Source: Myxococcales bacterium
GTDB taxonomy: Bacteria; Myxococcota_A; UBA9042
Direction: 5' to 3'
Assembly: GCA_037441385.1 (NCBI GenBank)
Contig: JBBISH010000003.1
Location: forward strand, 64,001 to 128,000
DNA: 64,000 bases
The notes beneath the pieces were generated by a model. The model saw only the letters and a list, made by a program, of their open reading frames with translations, was not told the origin of the DNA and ran no database searches. A program made the translations under genes and the position numbers. Positions 19,671 through 29,883 of the stretch are shown here, in pieces (positions within the stretch are counted from its first letter, which is position 1; every line of letters starts with the position of its first letter).

Positions 19671-20852
19671 CTACAGGTTTCGCGAGACCAAGGTAGGCAG
19701 GGCCACCCGGGTGGCCGCGGTCAGGACAGGGTGGGCCCCATCGCCCTCGCCCGGCAGCTGCCAGGTGGTCAGGGGTTGCCAAGGAACTTCGCGGGCTTTG
19801 TGCACCAGCCGCTTGACCGGCCACGCCGACCGCAGCGACACCTTGACCGTCAAAAAGCGCAAGGCCTCGGGTTTGGCCGCGGCCGTTGTGCCCAGCGGGC
19901 CGTCGCCGCCTTCGAACACCACGTCGGACGACAGCGGGAACACCTTCATCTTGACCACGTCCGGCGCCGGGTCCACGTCCATCCCCATGTCGTAGAGCTG
20001 GAGATCCACCGCGTTTTCGGCCAGGATCAGCTGACCCTTGACGGTCACGCCGTCCACGTCGAGCCGTTCGCGCACCAGCACGCTCTGCAGAGCCGCGCCC
20101 ATCCCGTCTTTGAGGGCGCCGGGCCGGGTATCGGCGACCACGCGATAGCGAACAAAGTTCTGCACATCCACGGTGTAGTTGCCGCCCAAGCCCTGGTACC
20201 CGCAGGTCACGCCCGCGGCGATGCGCGGAATGGTGCCCACGACCTTGACTGTGCCCGACGACTGGCTGCCCGAGTCGATGGCGAAGAACATCTGCGACCC
20301 GTCCGCGCCAGAAATGTGCAAGTACTTGTCTTTGCTAAACGTTTCGTCCCAGGCCTCTTGACTCGCCGGCAGCGTGCCGTCGTCGTACAGGTGGACCACG
20401 TCGCCGTCGATCGACAGCGTGCGGTAGCGCGACTTGACGTCCATGCTGCCAAAGAGCGTGATCGCGACCGGCTTGACGTTGGGGTTCAGATCCGCTGCGG
20501 CCACGTGGCTGGTGTCGAGCGCGGCCGTCAGCGCTCGCAGCACCGGCACCGGCTTGGGGCAAACCGTGGGATCCACGGCAGTGTTGGGCGACGTGTTCGA
20601 CCCCAGCGAGGTCAGGTCGGCGCGCAAGTGGTCCAGTGAAAAGCGCGCCTGGCGGCCCATGTCGATGCGCTCGTTCTGGTTCTGCATCACCTCGCCCTGT
20701 TGGACAAACAAGGTGGTCAGCGCCATGAACATGACGGTGGCCACCGCCAGCGACATCATGATTTCGATGAGGTTGAAGCCCAATTGCCCGCGGCGCGTGC
20801 CACCCTGAACACGACGAGCGCTGCCGATGGCGGGGCTATTGGACATTGACAT
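19671..20852 (-). CDS. pilW: PilW-like minor pilin
   Basis: QLG|FNLIEIMM prepilin cleavage/methylation motif; size and position. Confidence 0.75.
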   Translation of the reverse strand: MSMSNSPAIGSARRVQGGTRRGQLGFNLIEIMMSLAVATVMFMALTTLFVQQGEVMQNQNERIDMGRQARFSLDHLRADLTSLGSNTSPNTAVDPTVCPKPVPVLRALTAALDTSHVAAADLNPNVKPVAITLFGSMDVKSRYRTLSIDGDVVHLYDDGTLPASQEAWDETFSKDKYLHISGADGSQMFFAIDSGSQSSGTVKVVGTIPRIAAGVTCGYQGLGGNYTVDVQNFVRYRVVADTRPGALKDGMGAALQSVLVRERLDVDGVTVKGQLILAENAVDLQLYDMGMDVDPAPDVVKMKVFPLSSDVVFEGGDGPLGTTAAAKPEALRFLTVKVSLRSAWPVKRLVHKAREVPWQPLTTWQLPGEGDGAHPVLTAATRVALPTLVSRNL

Positions 20853-21420
20853 TCCTCATGACCAAGCCCGGCAACGACACCGAACCTACGTTGGCAACAT
20901 CAAAAAGCATGTCCGTGGGGCAGGCGGCGTACAGCTGCAGGGGCGCGTTGGCCCGCGGCCACGACACGCGCACGTCGGCGCGCACCATGTCGTTCGACAC
21001 CCAGGTCAACTTGTAGTGGATGCAGTAGCGAGTGCCGCGATCGTTCGGGATTTCAAGGAGGGCGCCTTGATCGTAGCGCACGTCGGAACCCAGCGGTCCC
21101 ACACGCTTGTCGATCGCGAAAGCCGGCGTGGGCCCGGGCAGCCAACCCGTTCCCTGCCCTGGCGACGGCGGCGCGGGCAGGTGCCCCAGGTACTCCAAGA
21201 TGGTGATCGGATTGGCGTCGCCGGTCCACATGGTGGCTTCGCCCTGGATGGTGGCCAGCACGTGTTCGGCCAACTGGGCGCCTACTTGCGCGTCGCGGCG
21301 CTCGCCGGTGCCGTGGGTCGCGTACAGCGCCGTCGCCAACGTGGCAAACAGCCCGATCATGCCGATCGCACCGGCGGCCAGCACTTCGACCAGCGAAAAG
21401 CCGCGCTCGCGAGGCATCAT
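20836..21420 (-). CDS. pilV: PilV-like minor pilin
   Basis: ERG|FSLVEVL motif; C-terminal VRVSW. Confidence 0.75.
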   Translation of the reverse strand: MMPRERGFSLVEVLAAGAIGMIGLFATLATALYATHGTGERRDAQVGAQLAEHVLATIQGEATMWTGDANPITILEYLGHLPAPPSPGQGTGWLPGPTPAFAIDKRVGPLGSDVRYDQGALLEIPNDRGTRYCIHYKLTWVSNDMVRADVRVSWPRANAPLQLYAACPTDMLFDVANVGSVSLPGLVMRNVNVQ

Positions 21421-22127
21421 TTGGCGCCTCCGCCTTGGCCGTCGCCCTGCAACTGCTCGGTTGGGCGGCCAAAGATCACCCTGGCCGTGCAGTTGTAGCC
21501 GATCTGGACCTGCAGGGGGGTGCCGATTGCGCCACCCCCTTCGGCCCGCGCCAGCTCTAAGACCACGTCCCCCGCCGAGAGCAGCGAGCCCGTTGGGGCC
21601 GAGAACGTGCGGCCGTTGTCGCCGCGGATAAGCCGACCGTCTGGCTTGAAGCACAAAAACGCAGCTGGTGTCCCCACTTCGCTGGGTGCGGTGCGCGTGA
21701 ACTGGATCGCCGGGTTGTTATCCGCATTGGTCGCACTGTAGTCCACGGTGCGGACCAAAGACCCCACAGCGACGCTGGCACACGTCGCGTCGGTGCCCTT
21801 GTAGACGCGGAAAAGGTACTGCCCGCCCGCGGATGCACTGTCGAAGACGATCCCGTAGGCCGTGCGGTTGGCCATGGCTTGGCTGCGGGCCAAGTCGACG
21901 GCATAGACCAGTTCGTCGGCGGCGGCGCGCAGGTTGTAGTTCCGAGTCAGGCTGCCGATGCCAGGGATGGCCATGCCGCCCAGCACCATCAGGATCATCA
22001 AGCCCATCATCAGTTCGACCAGCGAGGTGCCCGGCGAGGACCGGCGCCACGCGCGCCGCAGCGCCAGCACGGACACGCTGGGCTCGGCTTGGTCGCGGTC
22101 GGTGGTCGACTGGCCTGCGCTGTTCAT
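21417..22127 (-). CDS. FimT/FimU (GspH-like) minor pilin
   Basis: PG|TSLVELMM, AIPGI, ARSQA and FKPDG motifs; start uncertain. Confidence 0.7.
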   Translation of the reverse strand: MNSAGQSTTDRDQAEPSVSVLALRRAWRRSSPGTSLVELMMGLMILMVLGGMAIPGIGSLTRNYNLRAAADELVYAVDLARSQAMANRTAYGIVFDSASAGGQYLFRVYKGTDATCASVAVGSLVRTVDYSATNADNNPAIQFTRTAPSEVGTPAAFLCFKPDGRLIRGDNGRTFSAPTGSLLSAGDVVLELARAEGGGAIGTPLQVQIGYNCTARVIFGRPTEQLQGDGQGGGAK

Positions 22128-22239
22128 GCTGCTCCCTGGTGAACACCCGCGGTCCCGCTCAGGACCGCACGACACCCCATTTGGAAAGGTACGCAACTTT
22201 GGCGCTGTGCACCACATAATTCCGCACGAAGCACGCAGC

Positions 22240-23511
22240 TCAGCGATTTTGCAGGCGGGCTGGCGGCAGCAGCTGTTCACCGCGCCACAGATCCTCTAGC
22301 GTTTCCCGGGCTCGAATCGGCGTGGCGACATCGCCGTCGACCAAGACTTCGGCGGCGCGCGGACGGCTGTTGTAGTTCGAGGCCATGGCATAGCCGTAGG
22401 CGCCGGCTCCATAGACGGCCAGCAGATCGTCCTCGCCCACTTCGACAAGCTCGCGATCCTGGGCCAGAAAATCCCCCGACTCGCACACCGGCCCCACCAC
22501 GTCGACTGGCCGAACCGGCCGCCCGTCCGGGTTGCCGACCAATTCCAGCGTGTGCCAAGCCTGGTAGAGCGACGGGCGGATAAGGTCGTTCATGCCGGCA
22601 TCGACCAACACGAACTCCTTGTCGCCGTTACGCTTTGTCCCAACCACGCGCGTCAGCAGCACGCCGGCGTTACCCACGATGACACGGCCGGGCTCGGTCA
22701 GGATGTGCAAGCCATGGGCGCGGGCCATCGCCACGATCTGCTGGCCCAATTCGATCGGCGCCGCCGGTTGTTCGTCTCGGTAGGCAATACCCAAGCCGCC
22801 GCCCACGTCCAAGTGCTCTAGGGCAATGCCAGCGGCCTTCAGGCGATCGCAAAGGCCCAACATCTTCTCGATGGCCTGCACGAACGGCGCAACCTCCAGG
22901 ATCTGACTGCCGATATGGCAATCGACCCCCACGATGCGCAGGTGCGGACTTTGGGCCGCCTGCTGGTATAGCGACTCGGCTTCGGCAAAGGCGACGCCAA
23001 ATTTGCTGCTTTTCAGCCCTGTTGCGATGTATTTGTGCGTGCGCGGGTCCACGTCGGGGTTGACGCGGAGGCTGATGGGCGCGCGTGTGCCCAGTTCGGC
23101 CGCGACGCGCTCGATGCGGCCCAGCTCGCCGGCGGACTCCACGTTGAAGCACAAGATGCCGCGGCGCAACGCCAAAGCGATCTCGTCGTTGCGCTTGGCG
23201 ACGCCCGAAAATACGACCTTGCCGGGATCGCCGCCGGCCCGCATGACCCGCTCCAGCTCGCCCGCCGAGACGATGTCGAAGCCGCTGCCCAAGCTGGCGA
23301 GCACCTGCAAGATCGCAAGGTTACTGCAGGCCTTGACCGCGTAGCACAGCAAATGGTCCAGGCCATGCAGCGCCTCGTCCATCACGCGATAGTGACGCTC
23401 GATGGTGGCGCGGCTGTAGACGTAGGTGGGGGTCCCAAAGTCGGCAGCGATCTGCGCCAACGGCACGCCATCGGCCCACAAGTGACCGTCTTTACGCTCG
23501 AAGTGATTCAT
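22240..23511 (-). CDS. lysA: Diaminopimelate decarboxylase
   Basis: YAVKA (PLP lysine), HIGSQI, GGGLG, EPGR, GPVCESGD, ASNYNSRPR. Confidence 0.97.
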   Translation of the reverse strand: MNHFERKDGHLWADGVPLAQIAADFGTPTYVYSRATIERHYRVMDEALHGLDHLLCYAVKACSNLAILQVLASLGSGFDIVSAGELERVMRAGGDPGKVVFSGVAKRNDEIALALRRGILCFNVESAGELGRIERVAAELGTRAPISLRVNPDVDPRTHKYIATGLKSSKFGVAFAEAESLYQQAAQSPHLRIVGVDCHIGSQILEVAPFVQAIEKMLGLCDRLKAAGIALEHLDVGGGLGIAYRDEQPAAPIELGQQIVAMARAHGLHILTEPGRVIVGNAGVLLTRVVGTKRNGDKEFVLVDAGMNDLIRPSLYQAWHTLELVGNPDGRPVRPVDVVGPVCESGDFLAQDRELVEVGEDDLLAVYGAGAYGYAMASNYNSRPRAAEVLVDGDVATPIRARETLEDLWRGEQLLPPARLQNR

Positions 23512-23538
23512 GGTCTGCCTGTGGCGGCGGCTGGTCGA

Positions 23539-25554
23539 TCAGAACGGCAGGACCAAGTGCCCGGTCAACTTCCAGGCATTGGTGGGCGTTTGCGAGGTGC
23601 TGGCGTCGTACCATCCCTCGACCAGGTTGAAGGCGGAACCGGTGATGGCGTAGGCGAAAATCACGTCGGCATAGGCCTGGCCGCGGCGACCCAGGAAGCC
23701 CCGCGCCGCGAGCTCGGTGCCAATGTTGGTGATCTCGCCGGCCTTGCCGCCGGGCGTGCCCGCCGAGTTCTGAGCGATCGCCTGCAATACGGACAGGTCC
23801 AGGCCCAGCATATCCGCAGAGTGCCACGGGAAAGCGTTGATGCTGACCGTGGGCTTGATGTACCAGGCGTTGGTGACGGTGCCGATCAGGTCGTGGAACA
23901 GCAAGTTGTCGACTTGGTAGCCGCGGTTGAATTTGAACCCGGTGATCAAGGTATTGGGCGCGCCGGTGGCCGTGGCGAGCGAGCAGTCCGACCGGCCGTA
24001 GACGCCGAAGCACTGCGTGTCGTCGCCGCTGGCGCCGCCAAAGTCCAAGTAGTAGCCCATACCCTCGTCTTGGAACGCGGCCTTGCCCGCAAAGCCCCAC
24101 ATGCTGAGGTCGCGCTTCTTGTCCGCCGTGCCGGCTAGGGCGTTGGCGTCGTCGACTGAACCGCCGATGTAGGCGCCTTCCGCTTCGGCCACAAAGCGGC
24201 GCAGAGGCGACAGGCGTTGTTCGTAGCGGAACCAGACGTCGGCGATGGCGGCGGTGGCGCCGCGAACCATCAACTGCGCGCTATCCAGGTTGTTGACGCC
24301 CAACTTGCTGGGGTCGGTCGTGCCCTGCAAGTCGTTTTTCTGAGTCCGATAGACCAGGTACAAGCCGCCGTCGATGGCCGGCTTGCGCTCGACTTCTAGC
24401 AAGTGCTGGCGCGCCGCCGCATCGTCTTCGGACAGGGGCCGACGCATCAGGGCCAAACCGTACTGGCGGACGTCATCGGAACCGGTGGCGTTGCGGGGCA
24501 CCACGTCGGGGCGCAGCAGATCGCCCGTCTGCAGGCCATTGGCCAGGTAGTCGTAGAAAACGCTGGCGTACAACTGCGCCTTGGGGATGCCGGTCACGAA
24601 GGCCGCGCGATCCACATAACTACCCGAATCCAAAGCATAGCCGTGGCCATCGGCCGGCCGCCGCGCTCCGCCGTAGTAGAGCGTGGGGCGGCCCATGTCC
24701 CAGCCATCGCCGCCGCCGCCATGGGCGAGCATGCCCAGACCCCAATGGGAGGCCTGGCGTCCCACGCGCAGCACGCCCACCAACGTCTTGAGCTCGCCGT
24801 ACAACTCCTTGACGTTCATGACACCGGGCTTGGTGCTCATGGTAAAGGCCGAGATCGGCACGTCGGGTCGCGCCTGGTAGCCCGAGTAGTCGGGATCGCC
24901 GCCCATCACCGCGTTGTCCAGCACGTCGACGGTCGAGACGATGCGCGCGTCTTTGCCGATCGACAGCGTCGGCTGCAGGCGCAAACGCATCGTGGCGCCG
25001 GCCATGGCCGTTTCTTCTGTCGTCTTGCCAACTTTGCCGCTCTGCGTGTTCTTGTCGGGGTCGTTGTTGGTCGGCCACAGCGACAGCGGCGGCGCCACCG
25101 CGCTGGTAGTGATGGCGCGGTTGCCGATCTGCTTGTCGGGCACCGCCATGCCAAGGTGGCCGTTGTTCAGGATCTCGGGCCGGAAGCGGAAGTAGCCATG
25201 CCACTCCAGCTGCAAGAAGCTGGGTGTGGGCGCAGCCTTGGGCGGCGTGGGCAGTGTGCCGTCGTCGATTTGGTCCAGCAGGCCCTTTTTGGCCGCAGGC
25301 GCGGGCTTGGCCGACGGGTCGCGGGGCGCCGTGGCCGTGGCCGGCTCAGGGGCATCGACCGCCGGGGCATCATCTTTGGTTTCTGGCGGTTCCTGAGCGA
25401 TTGCCGCCGGAGCCACGCCCAGCACGGCCAACGCCGCCGCCACCACCGCCAAGCGGAGCGAGCGCCGCTGCCAACGCTCGTGCAGGGCCATGGCCCGCAC
25501 CACGTGGGCTTGCGTGTGGGCGATCTCGATCTGCTGGGCCAGTTGCTGCATCAT
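23539..25554 (-). CDS. Myxobacterial outer-membrane beta-barrel protein (TIGR04551-like)
   Basis: HGYFRFR, DVLDN.V.G, GRQASHWGLGM, GASGD, GTVTNAWYIKP, C-terminal Phe; AGGAGG RBS. Confidence 0.7.
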   Translation of the reverse strand: MMQQLAQQIEIAHTQAHVVRAMALHERWQRRSLRLAVVAAALAVLGVAPAAIAQEPPETKDDAPAVDAPEPATATAPRDPSAKPAPAAKKGLLDQIDDGTLPTPPKAAPTPSFLQLEWHGYFRFRPEILNNGHLGMAVPDKQIGNRAITTSAVAPPLSLWPTNNDPDKNTQSGKVGKTTEETAMAGATMRLRLQPTLSIGKDARIVSTVDVLDNAVMGGDPDYSGYQARPDVPISAFTMSTKPGVMNVKELYGELKTLVGVLRVGRQASHWGLGMLAHGGGGDGWDMGRPTLYYGGARRPADGHGYALDSGSYVDRAAFVTGIPKAQLYASVFYDYLANGLQTGDLLRPDVVPRNATGSDDVRQYGLALMRRPLSEDDAAARQHLLEVERKPAIDGGLYLVYRTQKNDLQGTTDPSKLGVNNLDSAQLMVRGATAAIADVWFRYEQRLSPLRRFVAEAEGAYIGGSVDDANALAGTADKKRDLSMWGFAGKAAFQDEGMGYYLDFGGASGDDTQCFGVYGRSDCSLATATGAPNTLITGFKFNRGYQVDNLLFHDLIGTVTNAWYIKPTVSINAFPWHSADMLGLDLSVLQAIAQNSAGTPGGKAGEITNIGTELAARGFLGRRGQAYADVIFAYAITGSAFNLVEGWYDASTSQTPTNAWKLTGHLVLPF

Positions 25555-25713
25555 GCTTCCTCCTACCACGGCGCGCATTTCACGCTGGGCCGGCTAGACA
25601 GTCAACACGTGGGCGGGGCTGCCGCCACAAATGGCGCGAAATTCGACGCCTGCCGCCGCAGCCGCCCGCTTCGAGTCGCCCGGCTGGGGCCGCAGCGAAC
25701 AGCAAGCTACACC

Positions 25714-26874
25714 ATGATTTTCTTGGACTACAACGCCACGGCTCCGCTCCTCCCGCAGGCCCGCGAGGCGATGCTCCGCACGCTGGAGCAAGACCTGGGC
25801 AACCCGTCGTCTTTGCACCGGGCTGGCCAGCGCGCCCGGGCACTGATCGAGGCGGCGCGGCGGCAGGTGGCCCACCACCTGGGCGCCCGCCCAGGCCAGA
25901 TCGTGCTGACCAGCGGCGCGACCGAGGCGAACAATCTAGCTTGGCGTGGCATTCTGACGCCGCAACTGCGCCTTGGGCTGCGGCCGCGGGCCCTGTTGGC
26001 GGCCTTGGACCATCCTTCGGTGGCGGCGTTGGCCGAGCAGCTCCAGGCAGACGGCGTGGAGCTTGGCTGGGTGGCGATCGATCGCGACGGACGCCTGGAC
26101 TTGGCGGCGCTGGCGCAAGCGCTGCAAGCGGCCCCGGCGTTGGTGCACGTGTCGGCGGTGGGTGGCGAGTTGGGCACCTTGGCGGATGTGCCGGCGATCT
26201 GCGCGTTGGTGCGCCAAACGACCGCCCACCTCCACGTAGACGCCGCCCAGGCTTGGGGCCGCGTGCCCGTCCACGTCGAGGCTTGGCCGGTCGATTCCTT
26301 GTCGCTGTCGGGGCACAAGATCGGTGGGCCGATGGGCACGGGTGCCCTGTATCTGCGCGCCGGGGTACGCCCTTTGCCGCTCGCACCTGGCCACCAAGAG
26401 CACGGTCTGCGCGCTGGCACAGAAAACGTGGTGGGCGCGGCCGGGTTTGCTGCCGCCGTTGCGGAACTGCCGGCGCGGCTGGCCCAGGCCCGCGAAGTGC
26501 GCCGCCAACGGGATCTGCTGGCCGAGCTATTGGCGCCGATCGGCGGATTGCTGCGGTTGGGCCCCGCAGACGCGGCCACCGAGGTGGGCACGACGCTCTG
26601 TGTGGCGATCGCGGGCGTGCCGGCGCCGCTCTTGGTGATGGCCTTGGACTTGGCAGGTGTCGCCGCTTCGGCGGGATCGGCCTGCAGTTCGGGCACGGCG
26701 GAACCGTCGGCTTTGCTGCGCGCCTGCGTGGAATTGGCCGGTCTGGAGCCAGCGCGCGCCCGCCAGGCGATCCGGTTTTCCGTGGGTCCAGGCCTGAGCG
26801 ACCAGCAACTGGTAGCTGCCGCCCAGGCCGTGGCCGCGTGCACGGCGCGCATTCGCGGCAGCCGCGTGGAATAG
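25714..26874 (+). CDS. iscS: Cysteine desulfurase (IscS/NifS family)
   Basis: FLDYNATAP, GNPSS, TSGATEANN, SGHKIGGP, SAGSACSSG. Confidence 0.92.
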   Translation: MIFLDYNATAPLLPQAREAMLRTLEQDLGNPSSLHRAGQRARALIEAARRQVAHHLGARPGQIVLTSGATEANNLAWRGILTPQLRLGLRPRALLAALDHPSVAALAEQLQADGVELGWVAIDRDGRLDLAALAQALQAAPALVHVSAVGGELGTLADVPAICALVRQTTAHLHVDAAQAWGRVPVHVEAWPVDSLSLSGHKIGGPMGTGALYLRAGVRPLPLAPGHQEHGLRAGTENVVGAAGFAAAVAELPARLAQAREVRRQRDLLAELLAPIGGLLRLGPADAATEVGTTLCVAIAGVPAPLLVMALDLAGVAASAGSACSSGTAEPSALLRACVELAGLEPARARQAIRFSVGPGLSDQQLVAAAQAVAACTARIRGSRVE

Positions 26875-27000
26875 GCTGGAGCTATCCGTGGTTCACAGCT
26901 TTGGACGGGGCCACCGGTCGCGGGTGCGGCCCCGCGGCATTGGACCTACACGGGCGCTACCCCGTATCATGCGGGCGGCGCAGTCGCTAGAGCAGCAGGC

Positions 27001-28197
27001 GTGGACAATTACCCAAGCGAAATCCGTGTTCCTGGCGCTGTGAGCGTGCCGCCGCCCAAGAGTGGCGCCATCGTCACGGCCGTGCGCGCCCACATGCGCT
27101 TGCCCCCCGGCGCCAGCGTCGCGGTCGCCATGAGCGGCGGCGTGGACTCCAGCACGGTCGCGGCCCTCCTCGTCGAGGCGGGCTATCAGGTTTTTGGTTT
27201 GACCGCGCGATTGTACGACCTAGACCCGGCGCAGATCGGTCGCGCGGGCAGTTGCTGCGCACCCGACGACGCCCGCGATGCCAAAGCCGTGGCCGGCGTG
27301 CTGGATATCCCGCACTACACCGTGGACGAGCGCGGGAGTTTCGCGCGCGACGTGATCGCGCCGTTCGAGCAAGCCTGGCAGCGCGGTGATACGCCCAACC
27401 CGTGTGTCGCCTGCAACCGCTCGCTCAAGTTCGATCGACTGGTGGCCACCGCCCGCGCGCTGGGCGCCATGGCCTTGGCGACGGGCCACTACGCGCGCCT
27501 GGAGCTGCAAGACGGGCTCCCCACCTTGCGGCGTGGCGTGGATCCCAACAAGGATCAGGCGTACTTCCTGTATCCGTTGGCGCGCGAGGCCGCTGAATTC
27601 GTTCGCTTCCCCCTGGGCGACATGAGCAAGGGTGAAGTGCGCGGCCACGCGCTGCGGCTGGGTGTCCCTACTGCCAGCAAAGCCGAGTCCATGGACATCT
27701 GCTTTGTGGGGGCCGAGCGCACCCAGGCTTGGCTAGACAAGCGGACGGCGCCGGTGCGGGGCACGATCGTCGATACCCACGGGCGCGTCCTGGCGGAACA
27801 TACCGGTCTTGCTGGCTTTACTGTGGGCCAGCGCCACGGCTTGGGCCTGGCCGCGCGCCCCGACGGCAGCCCCTGGTACGTGGTCGACAAGCGCGGCGAC
27901 GGCACAGTGGTGGTGGGCGAACGGGCGCAACTGCAGGTGGCACGGCTCGATCTGGGCGAGTGCATTTGGCTGGCTGGCTCGCCGCCCCAGCAGGGTCAAG
28001 AGATCCAGGTGCAAATTCGCCACCGCGGCCAGGCTGTGCCGGCGCAGGTGCTGTCCGCGGGGCCCGACAGCGCAACAGTCCAGGTTGTTGGTGAATTGCT
28101 GGCAGCAGCCCGCGGTCAGAGCGCCGTTCTGTTTGCCGGCGACCGCGTCTTGGGTGGCGGACTCATCACCCAAGCCGAAGGTCGGGAGCCGCTATGA
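27001..28197 (+). CDS. mnmA: tRNA 2-thiouridine(34) synthase MnmA
   Basis: AMSGGVDS, TPNPCVACN, ATGHY, KDQAYFL, SMDICF, TVGQRHGL; start uncertain. Confidence 0.95.
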   Translation: MDNYPSEIRVPGAVSVPPPKSGAIVTAVRAHMRLPPGASVAVAMSGGVDSSTVAALLVEAGYQVFGLTARLYDLDPAQIGRAGSCCAPDDARDAKAVAGVLDIPHYTVDERGSFARDVIAPFEQAWQRGDTPNPCVACNRSLKFDRLVATARALGAMALATGHYARLELQDGLPTLRRGVDPNKDQAYFLYPLAREAAEFVRFPLGDMSKGEVRGHALRLGVPTASKAESMDICFVGAERTQAWLDKRTAPVRGTIVDTHGRVLAEHTGLAGFTVGQRHGLGLAARPDGSPWYVVDKRGDGTVVVGERAQLQVARLDLGECIWLAGSPPQQGQEIQVQIRHRGQAVPAQVLSAGPDSATVQVVGELLAAARGQSAVLFAGDRVLGGGLITQAEGREPL

Positions 28198-29138
28198 GCG
28201 ATTTCGTGCGCGGCGAGCGCCGCTCGTCTCGTCCCCTGATTCCCGTGCCCGACACCACGGCCGGCACATTGGAGCTGGTGCGGCGCCTGGGATACACGTT
28301 TGCCGACCCCAGCTTGCTCGAGGCTTCGTTGACCCATCCGTCGTGGCACAACGAGCATCCCGAGGCCGTGTCCGACAACCAGCGCCACGAGTTTTTAGGC
28401 GACGCCGTGGTTGGCCTGGTGATCACCGAGGCGTTGCTCGAGCGCATGCCCGATCGGCGCGAAGGCCAACTGACCGTGCTGAAATCGCAGTTGGTGCGCG
28501 AGTCGGCACTGGCCGAACTGGCGCAAGCCCTGGGCATCGGCGGCGCGCTGCGCTTGGGCCGCGGCGAAGACTACACCGGCGGGCGCCGGCGAACTTCCGT
28601 GTTGGCCGACGCGTTCGAGGCGGTGGTGGGCGCCGTGTTCGTCGATGGCGGCTATGCTGCAGCGCGCGAGGTGGTGCGGCGCCTGTTCGACGACCTGCTC
28701 GACGCCGCGGCTGCTGCGGTGGCCGAGCTGGGTGCGACGCCCACGGCGTTGTCGGCCGGCGTAGCCAATTGGAAGACGGCGGTGCAAGAACTGCTGCAGC
28801 AGCACGCGAACCTGCCGCCGACCTACGCGGTGGTCGACGAGCAAGGTCCTTTCCACGCGCGGACTTTTGTGGTGCAAGCGACCGCGCGGGCGGCCGGCGA
28901 AAAGGGTGAGGTCGAATTGGTGGGCGTGGGGCGCGGTCCCAGCAAGAAGCTGGCCGAACACGCCGCCGCGTCGGACCTGTACCAGCGCGTTCTGACCCAT
29001 GTGAACAACGCCGACCCCACCTTGGCCGCGCTGTTGCAGGCGCCCGTGACCCGCCCCTCGGGTCTGCGCGCTCGCCCGCTCGCGTTGGGCGACGTCAAGA
29101 AGGCGCCTGACGATGATTCCGATGGCGCGTCCCCATGA
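28194..29138 (+). CDS. rnc: Ribonuclease III
   Basis: [32 protein letters not shown], dsRBD with KTAVQE and G.G.SKKLAE. Confidence 0.93.
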   Translation: MSDFVRGERRSSRPLIPVPDTTAGTLELVRRLGYTFADPSLLEASLTHPSWHNEHPEAVSDNQRHEFLGDAVVGLVITEALLERMPDRREGQLTVLKSQLVRESALAELAQALGIGGALRLGRGEDYTGGRRRTSVLADAFEAVVGAVFVDGGYAAAREVVRRLFDDLLDAAAAAVAELGATPTALSAGVANWKTAVQELLQQHANLPPTYAVVDEQGPFHARTFVVQATARAAGEKGEVELVGVGRGPSKKLAEHAAASDLYQRVLTHVNNADPTLAALLQAPVTRPSGLRARPLALGDVKKAPDDDSDGASP

Positions 29139-29274
29139 TATCGGCTACTCTTGGGGGATTGGCGCCGCGCGGCCGCGTACACAAACCGGGCCACGCAGGC
29201 GGGGAGCGAAGATGTTGAGCCTGAATTGGATTGCGATTGGTGTAGGCGCGGGCCGCCTTGAGGTGCGACAGGCC

Positions 29275-29496
29275 ATGTTGGGTACCTGGGAAATCATTGC
29301 TATTTTGGCGGTCGTCGTGCTCCTGTTCGGCGCGAACAAGCTGCCCCAGCTGGGCAAGGGCCTGGGCGAAGCCATCGGCAACTTCAAGAAGGCGCAGCGC
29401 GAAGGCGAAAAGGGCGTGCTGCACGACGAGATCGATGCGACGCCGCGGGTCGAGGCTGAGCGCAAGAAGAGCCTGGATCGCGACGAGCACGCCTAG
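29275..29496 (+). CDS. tatA: Twin-arginine translocase subunit TatA/E
   Basis: [35 protein letters not shown]. Confidence 0.92.
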   Translation: MLGTWEIIAILAVVVLLFGANKLPQLGKGLGEAIGNFKKAQREGEKGVLHDEIDATPRVEAERKKSLDRDEHA

Positions 29497-29652
29497 AGAC
29501 CTGACCAATTACGGTACACTCGTTCAGTTCTTGGATGTTCTGGTCAGGTCTCTCGCTGCTAGGTGGGTCGCAAGCTCGCCCCGTTGGGGACTCGCCGCTC
29601 CAATTGCAGCGGGTCCGGCGCGGCGAAGAACTCAAATTGATGCGCTCTCTAG
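29493..29652. mobile_element. Putative non-autonomous MITE-like element
   Basis: CTAG at both ends, imperfect terminal inverted repeats (14/18), internal perfect 13-bp inverted repeat 29495-29507/29541-29553. Confidence 0.4.
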
Positions 29653-29816
29653 AACACGGATCCATTTAGACTTTCTCCGCGCAGCCGAACCGTCGAATTC
29701 GGCGCGGTCAATCGCAGCCGGCGCGCACGCACAGGGCTTTGGCGTATCCGACCTGCGGATCGCGGACGCCGGCCGCCGCCCGCGCACAACCCCAACCACA
29801 GGCAGGTACGGCGCCG

Positions 29817-29861
29817 CAAAAACGCGCCGGGGCTGCTCAGGCAAGGACCTGGCAACCCCGG
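29817..29861 (-). terminator. Intrinsic terminator of the MC1-like gene
   Basis: Minus strand CCGGGGTTGC-CAGG...CCTG-A-GCAGCCCCGG followed by CGCGTTTTT. Confidence 0.65.
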
Positions 29862-29883
29862 ATCGTTGTGCGATGGGCAGCGA

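Noticed and set aside
25714..28197. Functional link between iscS-mnmA and the MnmA substrate tRNAs (Lys-UUU, Glu-UUC) in the same window
   Set aside because: They are more than 30 kb apart and the iscS-mnmA pairing is ordinary; co-location is probably coincidental
29512..29528. Near match (about 15/17) to the Myxococcus-type LexA box as I recall it
   Set aside because: It lies between convergent genes inside a putative MITE rather than in a promoter, and the consensus is highly degenerate
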